The translations under genes and the position numbers were made by a program. Positions 9,096-21,902 of a stretch of DNA of 64,000 nucleotides are shown here, one piece after another. Where the stretch lies: positions 1 through 64,000 of IMG/VR virus record IMGVR_UViG_3300047551_001153; one strand, written 5' to 3'. The notes beneath the pieces were generated by a model. It made no database searches. It saw only the letters and a list, made by a program, of their open reading frames with translations, and was not told the DNA's origin. The stretch is from a virus. Positions within the stretch are counted from its first letter, which is position 1. Each line of letters opens with the position of its first letter.

Positions 9096-9722
9096 TTAGG
9101 TTGTGATGTTCGCAATTTCATGGTACTGGTAAGCAATCGTCGCTTGGAATGTCGATGGGTTGGCATCAGGTTGCATGTTCATGCCGATGTTTCCGATAAT
9201 AGTCGGCCAACAGCCAACCAGTTTATATGTCGTGATTGCATTTCCTTCACGAGTAAGCGGGGAAATAAACCAATCCGTCATATATGCGTTCATGGCATTC
9301 GGACCAATGTTGGTCTTACCCGAGTTGATAAGATTCATCCACTTCTCAAAAGCCTTGCGAAGGGTATAATCACCATCGTTATATACGGTTATTGGCCAAT
9401 CAGCATAACTGCGGTCGCCAGGGAATTGAAACTGACGGCCCATATAGTTGATTGCGCCCTTGGCGATGGTTGACTGTGGGATGTCGGCGGATTGTACAAG
9501 AAATGAAACTCTGGAGTTGTCATTTGTACCTGCGGCCAATGCGCCCACAGCACCAACGGCGGCTCCTGCCGCCGCACCAAGCAGAGATCCTGCGGCGGCG
9601 GCGGCGAAGTTCACCGCACCCAAACTTGCACCTGGGAAATTACCCTGAACGAGGAACAGGTTGTTACGAGCAATACCGTTGAGAAGATTTGCTCTGAAAG
9701 CGTCGATACTGAACTGACTCAT
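9096..9722 (-). CDS. gp19: Tail tube protein
   Basis: ARNNLF, YMGRQFQFPGDRSYADWPITVYND, LRKAFEKWMN, GCWPT; lies between gp18 and gp20. Confidence 0.95.
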   Translation of the reverse strand: MSQFSIDAFRANLLNGIARNNLFLVQGNFPGASLGAVNFAAAAAGSLLGAAAGAAVGAVGALAAGTNDNSRVSFLVQSADIPQSTIAKGAINYMGRQFQFPGDRSYADWPITVYNDGDYTLRKAFEKWMNLINSGKTNIGPNAMNAYMTDWFISPLTREGNAITTYKLVGCWPTIIGNIGMNMQPDANPSTFQATIAYQYHEIANITT

Positions 9723-9742
9723 TTGTGATGTTCTCCTTATTC

Positions 9743-9750
9743 TATTTAGA
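9743..9750 (-). promoter_or_regulatory. Late promoter box TCTAAATA for gp19
   Basis: Intergenic, just upstream of the AAGGAG RBS. Confidence 0.65.
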
Positions 9751-9757
9751 GACTAAA

Positions 9758-11575
9758 TTAGGCTCCGACCTCAGAGAACGACACACCCGTTCTCGTAGCG
9801 ATGAAGTTCAACTGAATGAAGTTGATGCTACGGGCGGGTTTGATATAGATGTCAGCGACAAAGCGGTTGCCGTCGATGACCTCTGGGGTGTTGTTCTTTT
9901 CATCGCAAACGACCTTGAAGTCATAAAGACCACGGCGAGACTGGACATCACGCAGGAACGGCTCAACGAGTGAGCGGAACTGCGCTCTGGTAAACGCATC
10001 ATTGAATTCGAACAGGCTGTATTTCGAAGCCGTTGCAATCGCCTTCTCAAGCACGATGAAGAGGCGACGAACATTGATGCGGTCGAACGCCGAGGGCTTG
10101 GCCTGAGCGGTCTTATCACCATAAAGAACCGTGCCTTCACCTGGGAAGGTTACTACGGGATTGATGTTGTTCTTGTACAACTCGTCACGGAATGTCAGGG
10201 TTGGGTTGAAGGCCAATTTGACTACGCCCTTGACCTGACCACGATTGAAGCCTGCGGGTGACCACCAAGGATCATTAGTGACATCTGTGCGGGCGCAGAG
10301 ACCTGCAATATCACCGCACAATGGAACCCAACGATACTTGTCGTTGTAGATGTCGTACATATACTTGTAACCGCTGTCGATCACCACATAAGAAGAAGAG
10401 CCGATGTTATTTCTATAAGCGATTGCGATGTCCTTCTTCTGTGTCTCCGTCAATGCGGGGTTTGAGATCGGGGCCGAGCAGAACAACACGCAATCTTTAC
10501 GAACATCGGTAATACGATCTTTGATAAGTTTAGCGACAGTTGTTCCTGATGGAGAGGAGTTTTGGTATTCTGGACCACCGATGATAAGATTTACATCAAT
10601 CAATTCAGGGTCTTTGAACATATCGTATCCACCAGATGCACTTGCCTCACCGAAAGCAATGTCGGCGTAGTTGATTTCTTCAGTTGGAGCAGTTTCTCCA
10701 ATACCACCAGCCAAATCGTATCTAAGTTTTCCGAAAGTGATCCATGCTCCAGTAGCACCAGCCCATGTAAGCCCTGTGTTTATAGTAAGATCAAAATCAG
10801 CCGTTCCGACAGCCGCACCTGCTGACATACCCATCATACTTAATGTATCAACAATTCTTGGAGTTTCTGGGCAAAAGATGTAAGTTGAATCCTCATTGAT
10901 TCTGTTTCTGAAATATCGGGATACTCCATTTGCGTCATAAGCATCTTCGTACAAAGAGAGATTTTCAAAACGCTCAAGAACAGTTAAAGGTGTTCCTGTC
11001 CACAAACCAGTCTTGTCAACAACGACAAGATTCATTCCATCTCCAGAGCCTCCAAGAGCGGCAAGCGTTTCACTTGTGCCTGGTTTCTTATCAAATTCAT
11101 CCGAGTAATCCCAATCGCTATAGCCAGCCGCTCCACTCTTCGTACCGAATGCTTCAACACGAAGAGAATTTCCCAACTCGCCCGGATATCGGGCAACGAA
11201 AGCACCATGCCCAGTCATGTTTGCATTGCCATAATAATCTTCGTTTCTAAAAAGATTTGGATTAGCAGTTGTGCCTGTCAATCCGTTTGGTGTGGCATTT
11301 CTCGCCTTCGTTTTATTTCTAAGGGAACGAACAACCGAGAGGTTGTTTCCATAAGAGAGGAAGTTTGCGGCAGAGAAGAAGTACTGATAGTTGTCATTAT
11401 TAGGAAGACCAAATGTTTTGACAAGATTATTTTCGCTGTCAATCAATACAACCTTATCAACTGGACCCCAGTTGAAAAGACCCGCAAAAGCGGCATTAGT
11501 GGTGGCTACGGCAGGGACAATCGTTGTAAGATCCCGCTCCGTAACATTTACGCCTGGTGAAAGTTGAAATGCCAT
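9758..11575 (-). CDS. gp18: Tail sheath protein
   Basis: MAFQLSPGV, FNWGP, PWWSPAGFNRG, SAFDRINVRRLF, FEFNDAFTR, KPARSINFIQLNF. Confidence 0.99.
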   Translation of the reverse strand: MAFQLSPGVNVTERDLTTIVPAVATTNAAFAGLFNWGPVDKVVLIDSENNLVKTFGLPNNDNYQYFFSAANFLSYGNNLSVVRSLRNKTKARNATPNGLTGTTANPNLFRNEDYYGNANMTGHGAFVARYPGELGNSLRVEAFGTKSGAAGYSDWDYSDEFDKKPGTSETLAALGGSGDGMNLVVVDKTGLWTGTPLTVLERFENLSLYEDAYDANGVSRYFRNRINEDSTYIFCPETPRIVDTLSMMGMSAGAAVGTADFDLTINTGLTWAGATGAWITFGKLRYDLAGGIGETAPTEEINYADIAFGEASASGGYDMFKDPELIDVNLIIGGPEYQNSSPSGTTVAKLIKDRITDVRKDCVLFCSAPISNPALTETQKKDIAIAYRNNIGSSSYVVIDSGYKYMYDIYNDKYRWVPLCGDIAGLCARTDVTNDPWWSPAGFNRGQVKGVVKLAFNPTLTFRDELYKNNINPVVTFPGEGTVLYGDKTAQAKPSAFDRINVRRLFIVLEKAIATASKYSLFEFNDAFTRAQFRSLVEPFLRDVQSRRGLYDFKVVCDEKNNTPEVIDGNRFVADIYIKPARSINFIQLNFIATRTGVSFSEVGA

Positions 11576-11617
11576 TTAGTCATCTCCTTGATAATCTGGG
11601 ACTTTTATATCAAAGGA

Positions 11618-11625
11618 TATTTATA
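11618..11625 (-). promoter_or_regulatory. Late promoter TATAAATA for gp18
   Basis: Perfect T4 late consensus in the intergenic gap. Confidence 0.8.
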
Positions 11626-11637
11626 CCTTTGATTATT

Positions 11638-13311
11638 TCAGAGAATGTCCTCTGCATCGGCCATCCATGATGTATCCTTGCGGTTTATGCTCTTCTTTCG
11701 ACCCTCTTCCGCAAGTGCCCTAATTGTTTCGGCTTCGTCATCCGTTTCGTCGGAAAAGAACCCAAAGGGAGTTAGATCGTCCTCAATCTTCTTCAGTTTC
11801 TCTTCATAGAGTCGCCTACGAATATCTATGTCCACCAAATCTTTGTAGTACGGCTGAGTGGTCATCCACCCGAACATGACAAGGGTGGACACAAGGTCAT
11901 CGTGGTAACCCGTGCTTGCCTCATAAGAGTTCGCCTTGGAGATGTAGGTGCTGAACTCCGAGATAATATCGTAATCATTCAGGATAAGTTTGTCCCCTTC
12001 AATCATTTCTTTTAGGGCCATGCACCCGATTTTTTTGATACTGGAGGACATCTTGATGCCGTTGTATGTTCTTGCTCCGCCGAAGGCTACACCGAGTTTC
12101 TGACCTTTTTTACCCTTAACGACAACCTCAATCATGTTGTCGTATTCCAGTTCGTCACGGAGGATGTCGGCCACCTGCTGTCCGATGTCGTTGATCTCAA
12201 CCAACACATACGCCGAGTTATACTTAGTGGCGATGTTCATGATGACATTCGGGTAGATGGCGGCGGGGAGTTGGTTGTTGCGGTACTTGGCGACAACCTT
12301 ATAGGGCAGTTCGGTCACATCCACGACCGTCATGGCGTGGTAGTCCTGTCCTATTGCCCTGCTTGTATCCACGAGGGTCATATAAAGGTGGTTCGGTTTG
12401 GGGTTTTCATAGACAGTCAAACCATCGGGACTCTGAGCAATTGGTTCGGAAAATGATAGGGATGCAATCTTGGATGCCTTGATGAGTGTGTCCTGAGAGC
12501 CGAGGAACTCGCATTCGTATTCCGAAGTCCAGTGGCGTTCCGAGGTGTTCTTGATGGTCTCCCGCTTGAACTTCTCATCCCTACCAGGAACCTGCCACCA
12601 GTGGGCCTCCACAGGAACAAAGTCCGAACGACCATTCTTGGCGTTCGTCCACAACTTGTGGAACAGGTTCATACCGTTCGGGGTGGACACGATGACCGTC
12701 TTGGTGGTCGTGCCTGCCGTGATGGTGGGGTAGACCGAGGCGAAGAAGTCTTCGGCAATCTGGTCGGGCACGAAGGCGAACTCGTCCAGAAGCAGGAAGT
12801 TATAGGACGAACCACGGACGGCACTGGACGAGGTGGATGCGGCCACGACCTTGGAACCGTTCTCCAAGGCGATGCTTGTCTTGTTCCATTCCACCACGCC
12901 CTGTTGCATCCACCTCGGCAGGTTCTCGTAAACCAGTTTCACACGGTCCATGATGTCCGTGGCGGTCTTGAGTTTGTTGGCGAGGATGGCGACCTTGTAG
13001 TTCGGGTTGAAGACAATCTGGTGGACAACTTCTCCGATGAGGACCGTGGTCTTTCCTGACTGACGGGGAATCTTGCAGATGGTGAATCGGTTGCTGTGGA
13101 CGGTTCTAACGATGTCTCTCTGGAAGTCATATAACTTGATCTGGGTCAGGCCGTGATCCAAAGTCACGATCTTCATGTATTTTTCCATGAAGTACACGGG
13201 GTCTTGGGAGCAAAGGATGTACTCCTTGAGTTGGTCTTCCGTGAACTCAATCTGAATGCCGCTCCCCTTGATGAGGGGATTGCCCAAATAAGTGTCATCT
13301 GTCTTCTTCAT
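11638..13311 (-). CDS. gp17: Terminase large subunit
   Basis: YLGNP, Walker A PRQSGKTT, Walker B LLLDEFAF, STPNG, nuclease HDDLV; no intein. Confidence 0.99.
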   Translation of the reverse strand: MKKTDDTYLGNPLIKGSGIQIEFTEDQLKEYILCSQDPVYFMEKYMKIVTLDHGLTQIKLYDFQRDIVRTVHSNRFTICKIPRQSGKTTVLIGEVVHQIVFNPNYKVAILANKLKTATDIMDRVKLVYENLPRWMQQGVVEWNKTSIALENGSKVVAASTSSSAVRGSSYNFLLLDEFAFVPDQIAEDFFASVYPTITAGTTTKTVIVSTPNGMNLFHKLWTNAKNGRSDFVPVEAHWWQVPGRDEKFKRETIKNTSERHWTSEYECEFLGSQDTLIKASKIASLSFSEPIAQSPDGLTVYENPKPNHLYMTLVDTSRAIGQDYHAMTVVDVTELPYKVVAKYRNNQLPAAIYPNVIMNIATKYNSAYVLVEINDIGQQVADILRDELEYDNMIEVVVKGKKGQKLGVAFGGARTYNGIKMSSSIKKIGCMALKEMIEGDKLILNDYDIISEFSTYISKANSYEASTGYHDDLVSTLVMFGWMTTQPYYKDLVDIDIRRRLYEEKLKKIEDDLTPFGFFSDETDDEAETIRALAEEGRKKSINRKDTSWMADAEDIL

Positions 13312-13766
13312 TGCTTACCTTCGGCCTCATTGTCAACCTTCTTGCGTGCGTCACGGAGCATCTTCTGAAGTTCGTTGGTAGAACCGACGAAGATGCTGTT
13401 GTTGGTCACATTGGTTTGCTTGACCGCCTCGGTCTTCTTGATGTCCTTCATGCGCCTGTGCAGGTCAATCAGTTTGGTGTTGGCTTCCAATGTCTGTCCG
13501 ATGAGTTGGGCAACGACCTCGTACGCACGGGGCTGTTGGCTGTCTTCGGCCAGTTCCAGTATGCCTTGGATGGCACTGTTGGATTGCTCAATAACCACCT
13601 TCAGATTGCGCCTGACCTCTTCGTAGTCCTTGTCGGCATCCTGAGACTGGTACTCGCCCGTGAGGGCTTTGGGAGGCTCTACGGGGGCGAGTGGCTTCTC
13701 CTCAACGACCTCTGGGAGGTTGATGTCGAGAGCCTTCGCAATATTCATATCAGACTTGTTGTTCAT
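13308..13766 (-). CDS. gp16: Terminase small subunit
   Basis: DYEEVRRNL, PRAYEV, NNSIFVGSTNELQKML; ATGA overlap with gp17. Confidence 0.95.
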   Translation of the reverse strand: MNNKSDMNIAKALDINLPEVVEEKPLAPVEPPKALTGEYQSQDADKDYEEVRRNLKVVIEQSNSAIQGILELAEDSQQPRAYEVVAQLIGQTLEANTKLIDLHRRMKDIKKTEAVKQTNVTNNSIFVGSTNELQKMLRDARKKVDNEAEGKQ

Positions 13767-13772
13767 GGTTCA

Positions 13773-14600
13773 CTATCCGTTCGGGTATTCCGTGATCGTT
13801 ATGGTAGCCTTGTCGCCTGTTCCGCCTGTTGGCCCCGGCCCTGTCACCGAAATAAAGTAACTTCCCGCCGTAACGCCTGCCTTTGGAACAGCATTGATAT
13901 TGGCGTATGTCGGACCAGTCGCATTGAGCCACTTGGTATCGAATATATTGACATTCGATGCCGTAATAACACGCTGAGTTTTCACAGGTCCGTATAGATA
14001 AACTTTAGCGACAAATTGCATATTTGCTAAAGTAACTTTTCTGCTCGCATAATCACCATAACTTCCGTCATCACCATCGTTCAATGTGGCGGATGAAAAT
14101 ACGATTGGAATATCCACATCTTGATCCGTATTGTCAACCGCCTTTATGGTGAATGTATACTCTGGACCAAAGTAGGGCAAAATCTGCTCCATTATTTGGA
14201 GAGCATCATCCATCGTCTTACTCATGACACTGACCGTAAATGTCAAGTTATAGGGAACACGCTCATATCTCTTGTACAACTTATCACGACTGGATGAATA
14301 GTAGGCCGCAGTCTGTTGAATGGTATTTAATTTGCGAGTTGAGTCATATTGAAAATTTGTTATCTCAAATGCGATGCGGGGAAGGTAGGTTTCCAATCGA
14401 ATTTGATTTTTGTCAAAATCATCACCGATGCGATCTAAGCGACGAAGAAATTTTTGCTGTGGGCCATATGCAACTGGAACCTTAAATCTCTCGATTTCGA
14501 CCCCGTTTTCGTCCTTACGAGAGATGTATATCTCGTTGAATAGCGATGCAAACGCTATTACAACTTTTCTGATAGTTCCGTGATAGAAATATTCAAACAT
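13773..14600 (-). CDS. gp15: Tail sheath stabiliser / terminator
   Basis: YFYHGTIRK..AF.SLFN, VPVAYGP..KF, LPRIAFE, VPYNL, QIMEQILPYF.P. Confidence 0.96.
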   Translation of the reverse strand: MFEYFYHGTIRKVVIAFASLFNEIYISRKDENGVEIERFKVPVAYGPQQKFLRRLDRIGDDFDKNQIRLETYLPRIAFEITNFQYDSTRKLNTIQQTAAYYSSSRDKLYKRYERVPYNLTFTVSVMSKTMDDALQIMEQILPYFGPEYTFTIKAVDNTDQDVDIPIVFSSATLNDGDDGSYGDYASRKVTLANMQFVAKVYLYGPVKTQRVITASNVNIFDTKWLNATGPTYANINAVPKAGVTAGSYFISVTGPGPTGGTGDKATITITEYPNG

Positions 14601-14603
14601 TTA

Positions 14604-15506
14604 TCAGGGGTCTCCAAACGGGTTCTTCTCACTGAAGTTGATGATCTGATCTGCTTCTGATTCAATTTCATCGTTCTTCGACTCGCTAAGTATTCCCATC
14701 TTGTCATCCGCTGTAGATACACTTGCCCAAATGCTTTGGTCAGATTTAGTTATGTAGGAGGTCGCCGCTCCGCCTGTGACCCAAAGGCCAGATAGGTCGG
14801 CAACAGAAAGTACTTGCGGAGATTGTTTGTTGTCAACCGAGATGACTGTCCCGCTTGCGGTTTTCGTCCTTTGAGTCGCACCCGAAAGTCCTCCCGTAAA
14901 CGATCCATTCTCGTATTGATGTACGATATCACCCTTCGCAAAAGTTCCTGTTCCATATGTTTGCCCCAGAGTAACGAGCAACTTGTAGCCCGTCTCCTGA
15001 TTGATGACATCAATCTCGGGAACGCCCGTAGCGAACTTCTCCTCGCTGTACTGGAAGAGTTCACAGGTCAACTGGTACGAAAACAACTTGCCCAGTTGAT
15101 AGAAGGGGTTCTCATGCTCCACGAACTTGATCTCGAACAATCCTCTATTGAGGGGCAGGTACAACAGGTCTCCTTCCAAGGGTCTCTGTTTTCCTGTCTC
15201 TCGTGTAAACCGCTTGCGGGACACGGTGAACTTCACGCTGTCCCGAATCTCAAATCCGAACTTCGTAAATGTGTCGCCACCCTCGAACGCCGTGGTGGTG
15301 TCCATGTACATCTCGATCATCTTGAACTTGGTGAAACGGGAGTAGCGAGACTCACCGAAGAAATCGTCACGCTTCACCAACTCACGAGGAATGTAAAACA
15401 TCTCCTGCCCGTGAATCTTGATGGCTTCAATCGTCAAGTCCTCCACCAGATTACGCTCTGGGAAGTAGGTCTTGTCATTCACCCGAATGTATGGATTGAG
15501 TGCCAA
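14604..15506 (-). CDS. gp14: Neck protein
   Basis: EAIKIHG..YIPR, RPLEGDLLYLP, FEIKFVEHENPFYQLGK, FSEKNPFG; TTG start after an AAGGAG RBS. Confidence 0.96.
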   Translation of the reverse strand: MALNPYIRVNDKTYFPERNLVEDLTIEAIKIHGQEMFYIPRELVKRDDFFGESRYSRFTKFKMIEMYMDTTTAFEGGDTFTKFGFEIRDSVKFTVSRKRFTRETGKQRPLEGDLLYLPLNRGLFEIKFVEHENPFYQLGKLFSYQLTCELFQYSEEKFATGVPEIDVINQETGYKLLVTLGQTYGTGTFAKGDIVHQYENGSFTGGLSGATQRTKTASGTVISVDNKQSPQVLSVADLSGLWVTGGAATSYITKSDQSIWASVSTADDKMGILSESKNDEIESEADQIINFSEKNPFGDP

Positions 15507-15516
15507 ATGATTCTCC

Positions 15517-16326
15517 TTATCCCATCATGAAGTCGGCGGGAAGTTCATACTTGTTGATAATGTCTTTTTCAATTGTATCAATTTCAGCCACAGCCTCCGT
15601 GTACATAGTCTTGCCATCAAGAGTGATGTCGCCTGGTAGTTTGATTCCCGAATATTTTGACAGATTCTGACCCCACTGTCGCTTGAAAAGGGCAACAGCA
15701 TATTTCTTGAGAAGACGATCCTCATAAATTTCGGGGTAGATACGGGGGTCAAGAATACGATAGCATTCTATGATGAGATACATACCCGCCGAAACACTTG
15801 ATGCCCATTGCATATCAATATAGAGCCTGTTTTGAACACGATTGAATCTGACGCTCTTGTCAGGACTCAAATATTGACGAAGCAGAGTAAGGTATTGCTG
15901 AGTGAGGTCATACTGAACAAGGTCAATGGTTCCGAAGGTATACAAGTCGTTCAATGCGTATTGATAGCGAATGTCAAACATACCGACTGATTGCTGAGTA
16001 AACGGGAAGATACGGGTCACGCTTGTGACCAAATCTTCCAAATAAACATTCTCACCGTCAACCGATGTGAACTGTCGCTCGGATGCGGAGAAACCTGTAT
16101 TGTCCGCCTTCATCTCAATGTAGCCGTTTGAGATGTCCTGAGCGGTGACCTGATACTTCAGGTAGACCTTTTCCACGCCGTCGAAGTGATATTCAGAGAA
16201 GAATCGCAGGGCATCATCAAGACGGTCTTCAACCTGTTCATCCGCTATGTTTACTTCGATTACGGGTTCGCCGAGTGCCCTTAGGCAGTACTGTCTCAGT
16301 CCTTCCCTTGACCTTATCTGCGCCAT
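15517..16326 (-). CDS. gp13: Neck protein
   Basis: LRQYCLRALGEPVIEVN, YHFDG, KRQWGQNLSKY.G..LPG, YELP..FMMG. Confidence 0.97.
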   Translation of the reverse strand: MAQIRSREGLRQYCLRALGEPVIEVNIADEQVEDRLDDALRFFSEYHFDGVEKVYLKYQVTAQDISNGYIEMKADNTGFSASERQFTSVDGENVYLEDLVTSVTRIFPFTQQSVGMFDIRYQYALNDLYTFGTIDLVQYDLTQQYLTLLRQYLSPDKSVRFNRVQNRLYIDMQWASSVSAGMYLIIECYRILDPRIYPEIYEDRLLKKYAVALFKRQWGQNLSKYSGIKLPGDITLDGKTMYTEAVAEIDTIEKDIINKYELPADFMMG

Positions 16327-16777
16327 CAGTGGTCTCCTTCAGGGGGTATTTATTCTTTATTTCAACCCTCTTGGCCTGAAGGTCCTCCACACCCGAATCT
16401 TTGGGATCTTTACCCTCAACAATGTGTTCCCAAAGGGCTACAATCAAGTCATTATATGATGGATATTCACCCATTCTGCATTCTTCGGGTCTGGCTATTT
16501 TACTGACCTCTTCATTGATCTCTTTGTCTTCTTTCTGCGTCAGCCGAATCAGGGTTGCGAAATCATTCTTTCTGGCGATATATCGGTCGCCATTCGGCCA
16601 GTTTGAGAGGGTGTTTGTGATACCATCAACACGAACTTTTAAAATTCCGTCTTTGTAGATAAGTGACTCCATACCCTTTGCGACTCCGTATTGCGGTTCC
16701 AATACGAGAAAGAGCGAAAGGGGGATTTCCAAATCATCAATATAAATCGTTTCGCCGATGTGTTTGAAAGTTGCCAT
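16238..16777 (-). CDS. Putative tail-fibre assembly chaperone-like protein
   Basis: Follows a fibre gene; EYPSYNDLIVALWE...KRVEIKNKYP resembles the YP..(D/E)QL.AL...IK.KYPK motif of phage fibre-associated proteins; its C-terminus overlaps gp13 by 89 nt. Confidence 0.6.
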   Translation of the reverse strand: MATFKHIGETIYIDDLEIPLSLFLVLEPQYGVAKGMESLIYKDGILKVRVDGITNTLSNWPNGDRYIARKNDFATLIRLTQKEDKEINEEVSKIARPEECRMGEYPSYNDLIVALWEHIVEGKDPKDSGVEDLQAKRVEIKNKYPLKETTDGADKVKGRTETVLPKGTRRTRNRSKHSG

Positions 16778-20233
<3,456 letters not shown>

Positions 20234-20256
20234 CTTTTATCCTCGAATGATAGGAT

Positions 20257-20264
20257 TATTTAGA
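20257..20264 (-). promoter_or_regulatory. Late promoter box TCTAAATA
   Basis: Intergenic, upstream of the 20233 fibre gene. Confidence 0.6.
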
Positions 20265-20281
20265 CAGCATTACACATCCCC

Positions 20282-21460
20282 TTATGCCTTTTCAGACAAC
20301 AAAGCCTCTGAAGCAAACTTGAGGTTTGCCTCAATCCTATCTTTCTGATCGGGTGGGAACTTATTGTCCTTGAGGAGTTGAATGGAAGCCATTCGGGATT
20401 CGTAGTAATGCTCTGTCCAGTAAGCCGAAATCGCAAATTCATCCAAAATAGCCCAATCGTAAATAGACTGTCCGACAAACAACGCACCTTCGGGGTATCT
20501 GATTTTTAGGGCTTGCTTGGCGAAGCGGTAAGCCTGATCCCAACGGCAGTAGTTTCGGCAGAGACGAGCCGCCGCCCAAAGGCTTTCGGCACGCCACGGG
20601 GCCACCTGATACGCTTGGAAGTACATACGGATGATCTCGTCAAACTCCTTCTTCAGGATTTCCATGATGCGACCCGCTTGGTAGTAGGAGTAGAACACTT
20701 CCTCGTTCCAACCGCCCAGTTCGGCTCGCTTGATATACGCATCAAGTGACTTCTCCCATTGCTGAGAATCACGATAGGACTGGGCGAGGTAGAAGTGATA
20801 ACGATTGAAGTCTTTCTCTTCGACCTTGCCAGAAGCAAGGGCGTTCTCAAAAGTCACGGCATCCTTGGCGTATTTGTCAGCCGACTTGGATCGGTTTCCG
20901 TCCTGAATAGGGGTATTGATGAACCCACGAGCGAAGTCACGAGTCTCGATGGGGTCGTGGCAGTCAACATATTCATGAAGAACACCACGATAGTAGAACT
21001 TCTTGTGGTTAGAGGTCAACTGAGGGCGGTGATACTTAGTCTGGCCGTATACCGCAAAAACATTGTAAAGGTCGGCGGTGAGACTTTCCTTGAACTTATC
21101 AGGATCAAATCCCGAATCATACACAAGAATTTCATCAGCATCAATCATCAGACTATAGTCATGTCCCGTCTTTTGGGCATAATTCAGAGCCTCAGAGCGA
21201 TTGGTTCCGAAGTCCGTCCAAGTGGACTGGTGAAGTTCTCCCTTGATGCCGTTACGGTCAAAGAAGTCCTTGATTTTTTGCTGAGTTCCGTCTGTCGAAC
21301 CCGTATCAACAATCACCCAATAATCAATAACTGGAAGAACGGATGAAAGACAACGCTCAATAACATGAGCCTCGTCCTTTACAATCATGCAGAGATTTAC
21401 CGTCTTTTTCTTTCCACTCACATTGATACTAAAATTATCATTCATCGCAAATTTCTCCAT
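20282..21460 (-). CDS. Glycosyltransferase family 2 with TPR repeats
   Basis: LCMIVKDEAHVIERCL.SV, VDTGSTDGT, DFGTNRSEAL, DxD motif IDADE, GVLHEY, then TPR helices (FYLAQSYRD, EEVFYSYY). Start may be 21445. Confidence 0.93.
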   Translation of the reverse strand: MEKFAMNDNFSINVSGKKKTVNLCMIVKDEAHVIERCLSSVLPVIDYWVIVDTGSTDGTQQKIKDFFDRNGIKGELHQSTWTDFGTNRSEALNYAQKTGHDYSLMIDADEILVYDSGFDPDKFKESLTADLYNVFAVYGQTKYHRPQLTSNHKKFYYRGVLHEYVDCHDPIETRDFARGFINTPIQDGNRSKSADKYAKDAVTFENALASGKVEEKDFNRYHFYLAQSYRDSQQWEKSLDAYIKRAELGGWNEEVFYSYYQAGRIMEILKKEFDEIIRMYFQAYQVAPWRAESLWAAARLCRNYCRWDQAYRFAKQALKIRYPEGALFVGQSIYDWAILDEFAISAYWTEHYYESRMASIQLLKDNKFPPDQKDRIEANLKFASEALLSEKA

Positions 21461-21521
21461 TTTGTTGTGCGATTGTGCAGATGTATATAGGCGGGAAGAA
21501 TCAAATGACTTTCAATTATCT

Positions 21522-21887
21522 TCAGATTTTTGTAACCTCTGGATAAACCGTAATCATTCCCTGAACCACTCGATATACTTTTGTTGGTGGGATTCCATTT
21601 CCTGCACCATCTTTGGGGGTGATGTGCAATTCAACATCATAAAAATAGACTCCACCTTTCACTCCAGAAGATCCTGTAGCACTCAAAGAAACAAGAATCT
21701 CTCCTGTACTACCTGTAATTGTAGTATTGAAAGTAACTGCTGATGTAGAGGAATAATGCTTCCTCATCTGACAAAAAGCAGTCGCACCGCCTGTAATAGC
21801 AACGGCAAAACCATCGCTGTCTTTGCGAGTTGCAACGAAACTGAAGTCAGTTCCTTGGTCAAGATCGTAGTTGATGCTAATTGCCAT
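21522..21887 (-). CDS. Conserved T4-like virion structural protein
   Basis: DQGTDFS, QMRKHYSS, G.YFYDVE, RVVQG.ITV.PEVT pattern typical of cyanophage-like hypothetical virion proteins. Confidence 0.7.
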   Translation of the reverse strand: MAISINYDLDQGTDFSFVATRKDSDGFAVAITGGATAFCQMRKHYSSTSAVTFNTTITGSTGEILVSLSATGSSGVKGGVYFYDVELHITPKDGAGNGIPPTKVYRVVQGMITVYPEVTKI

Positions 21888-21902
21888 TTTTCCTCTGATT
21901 AC

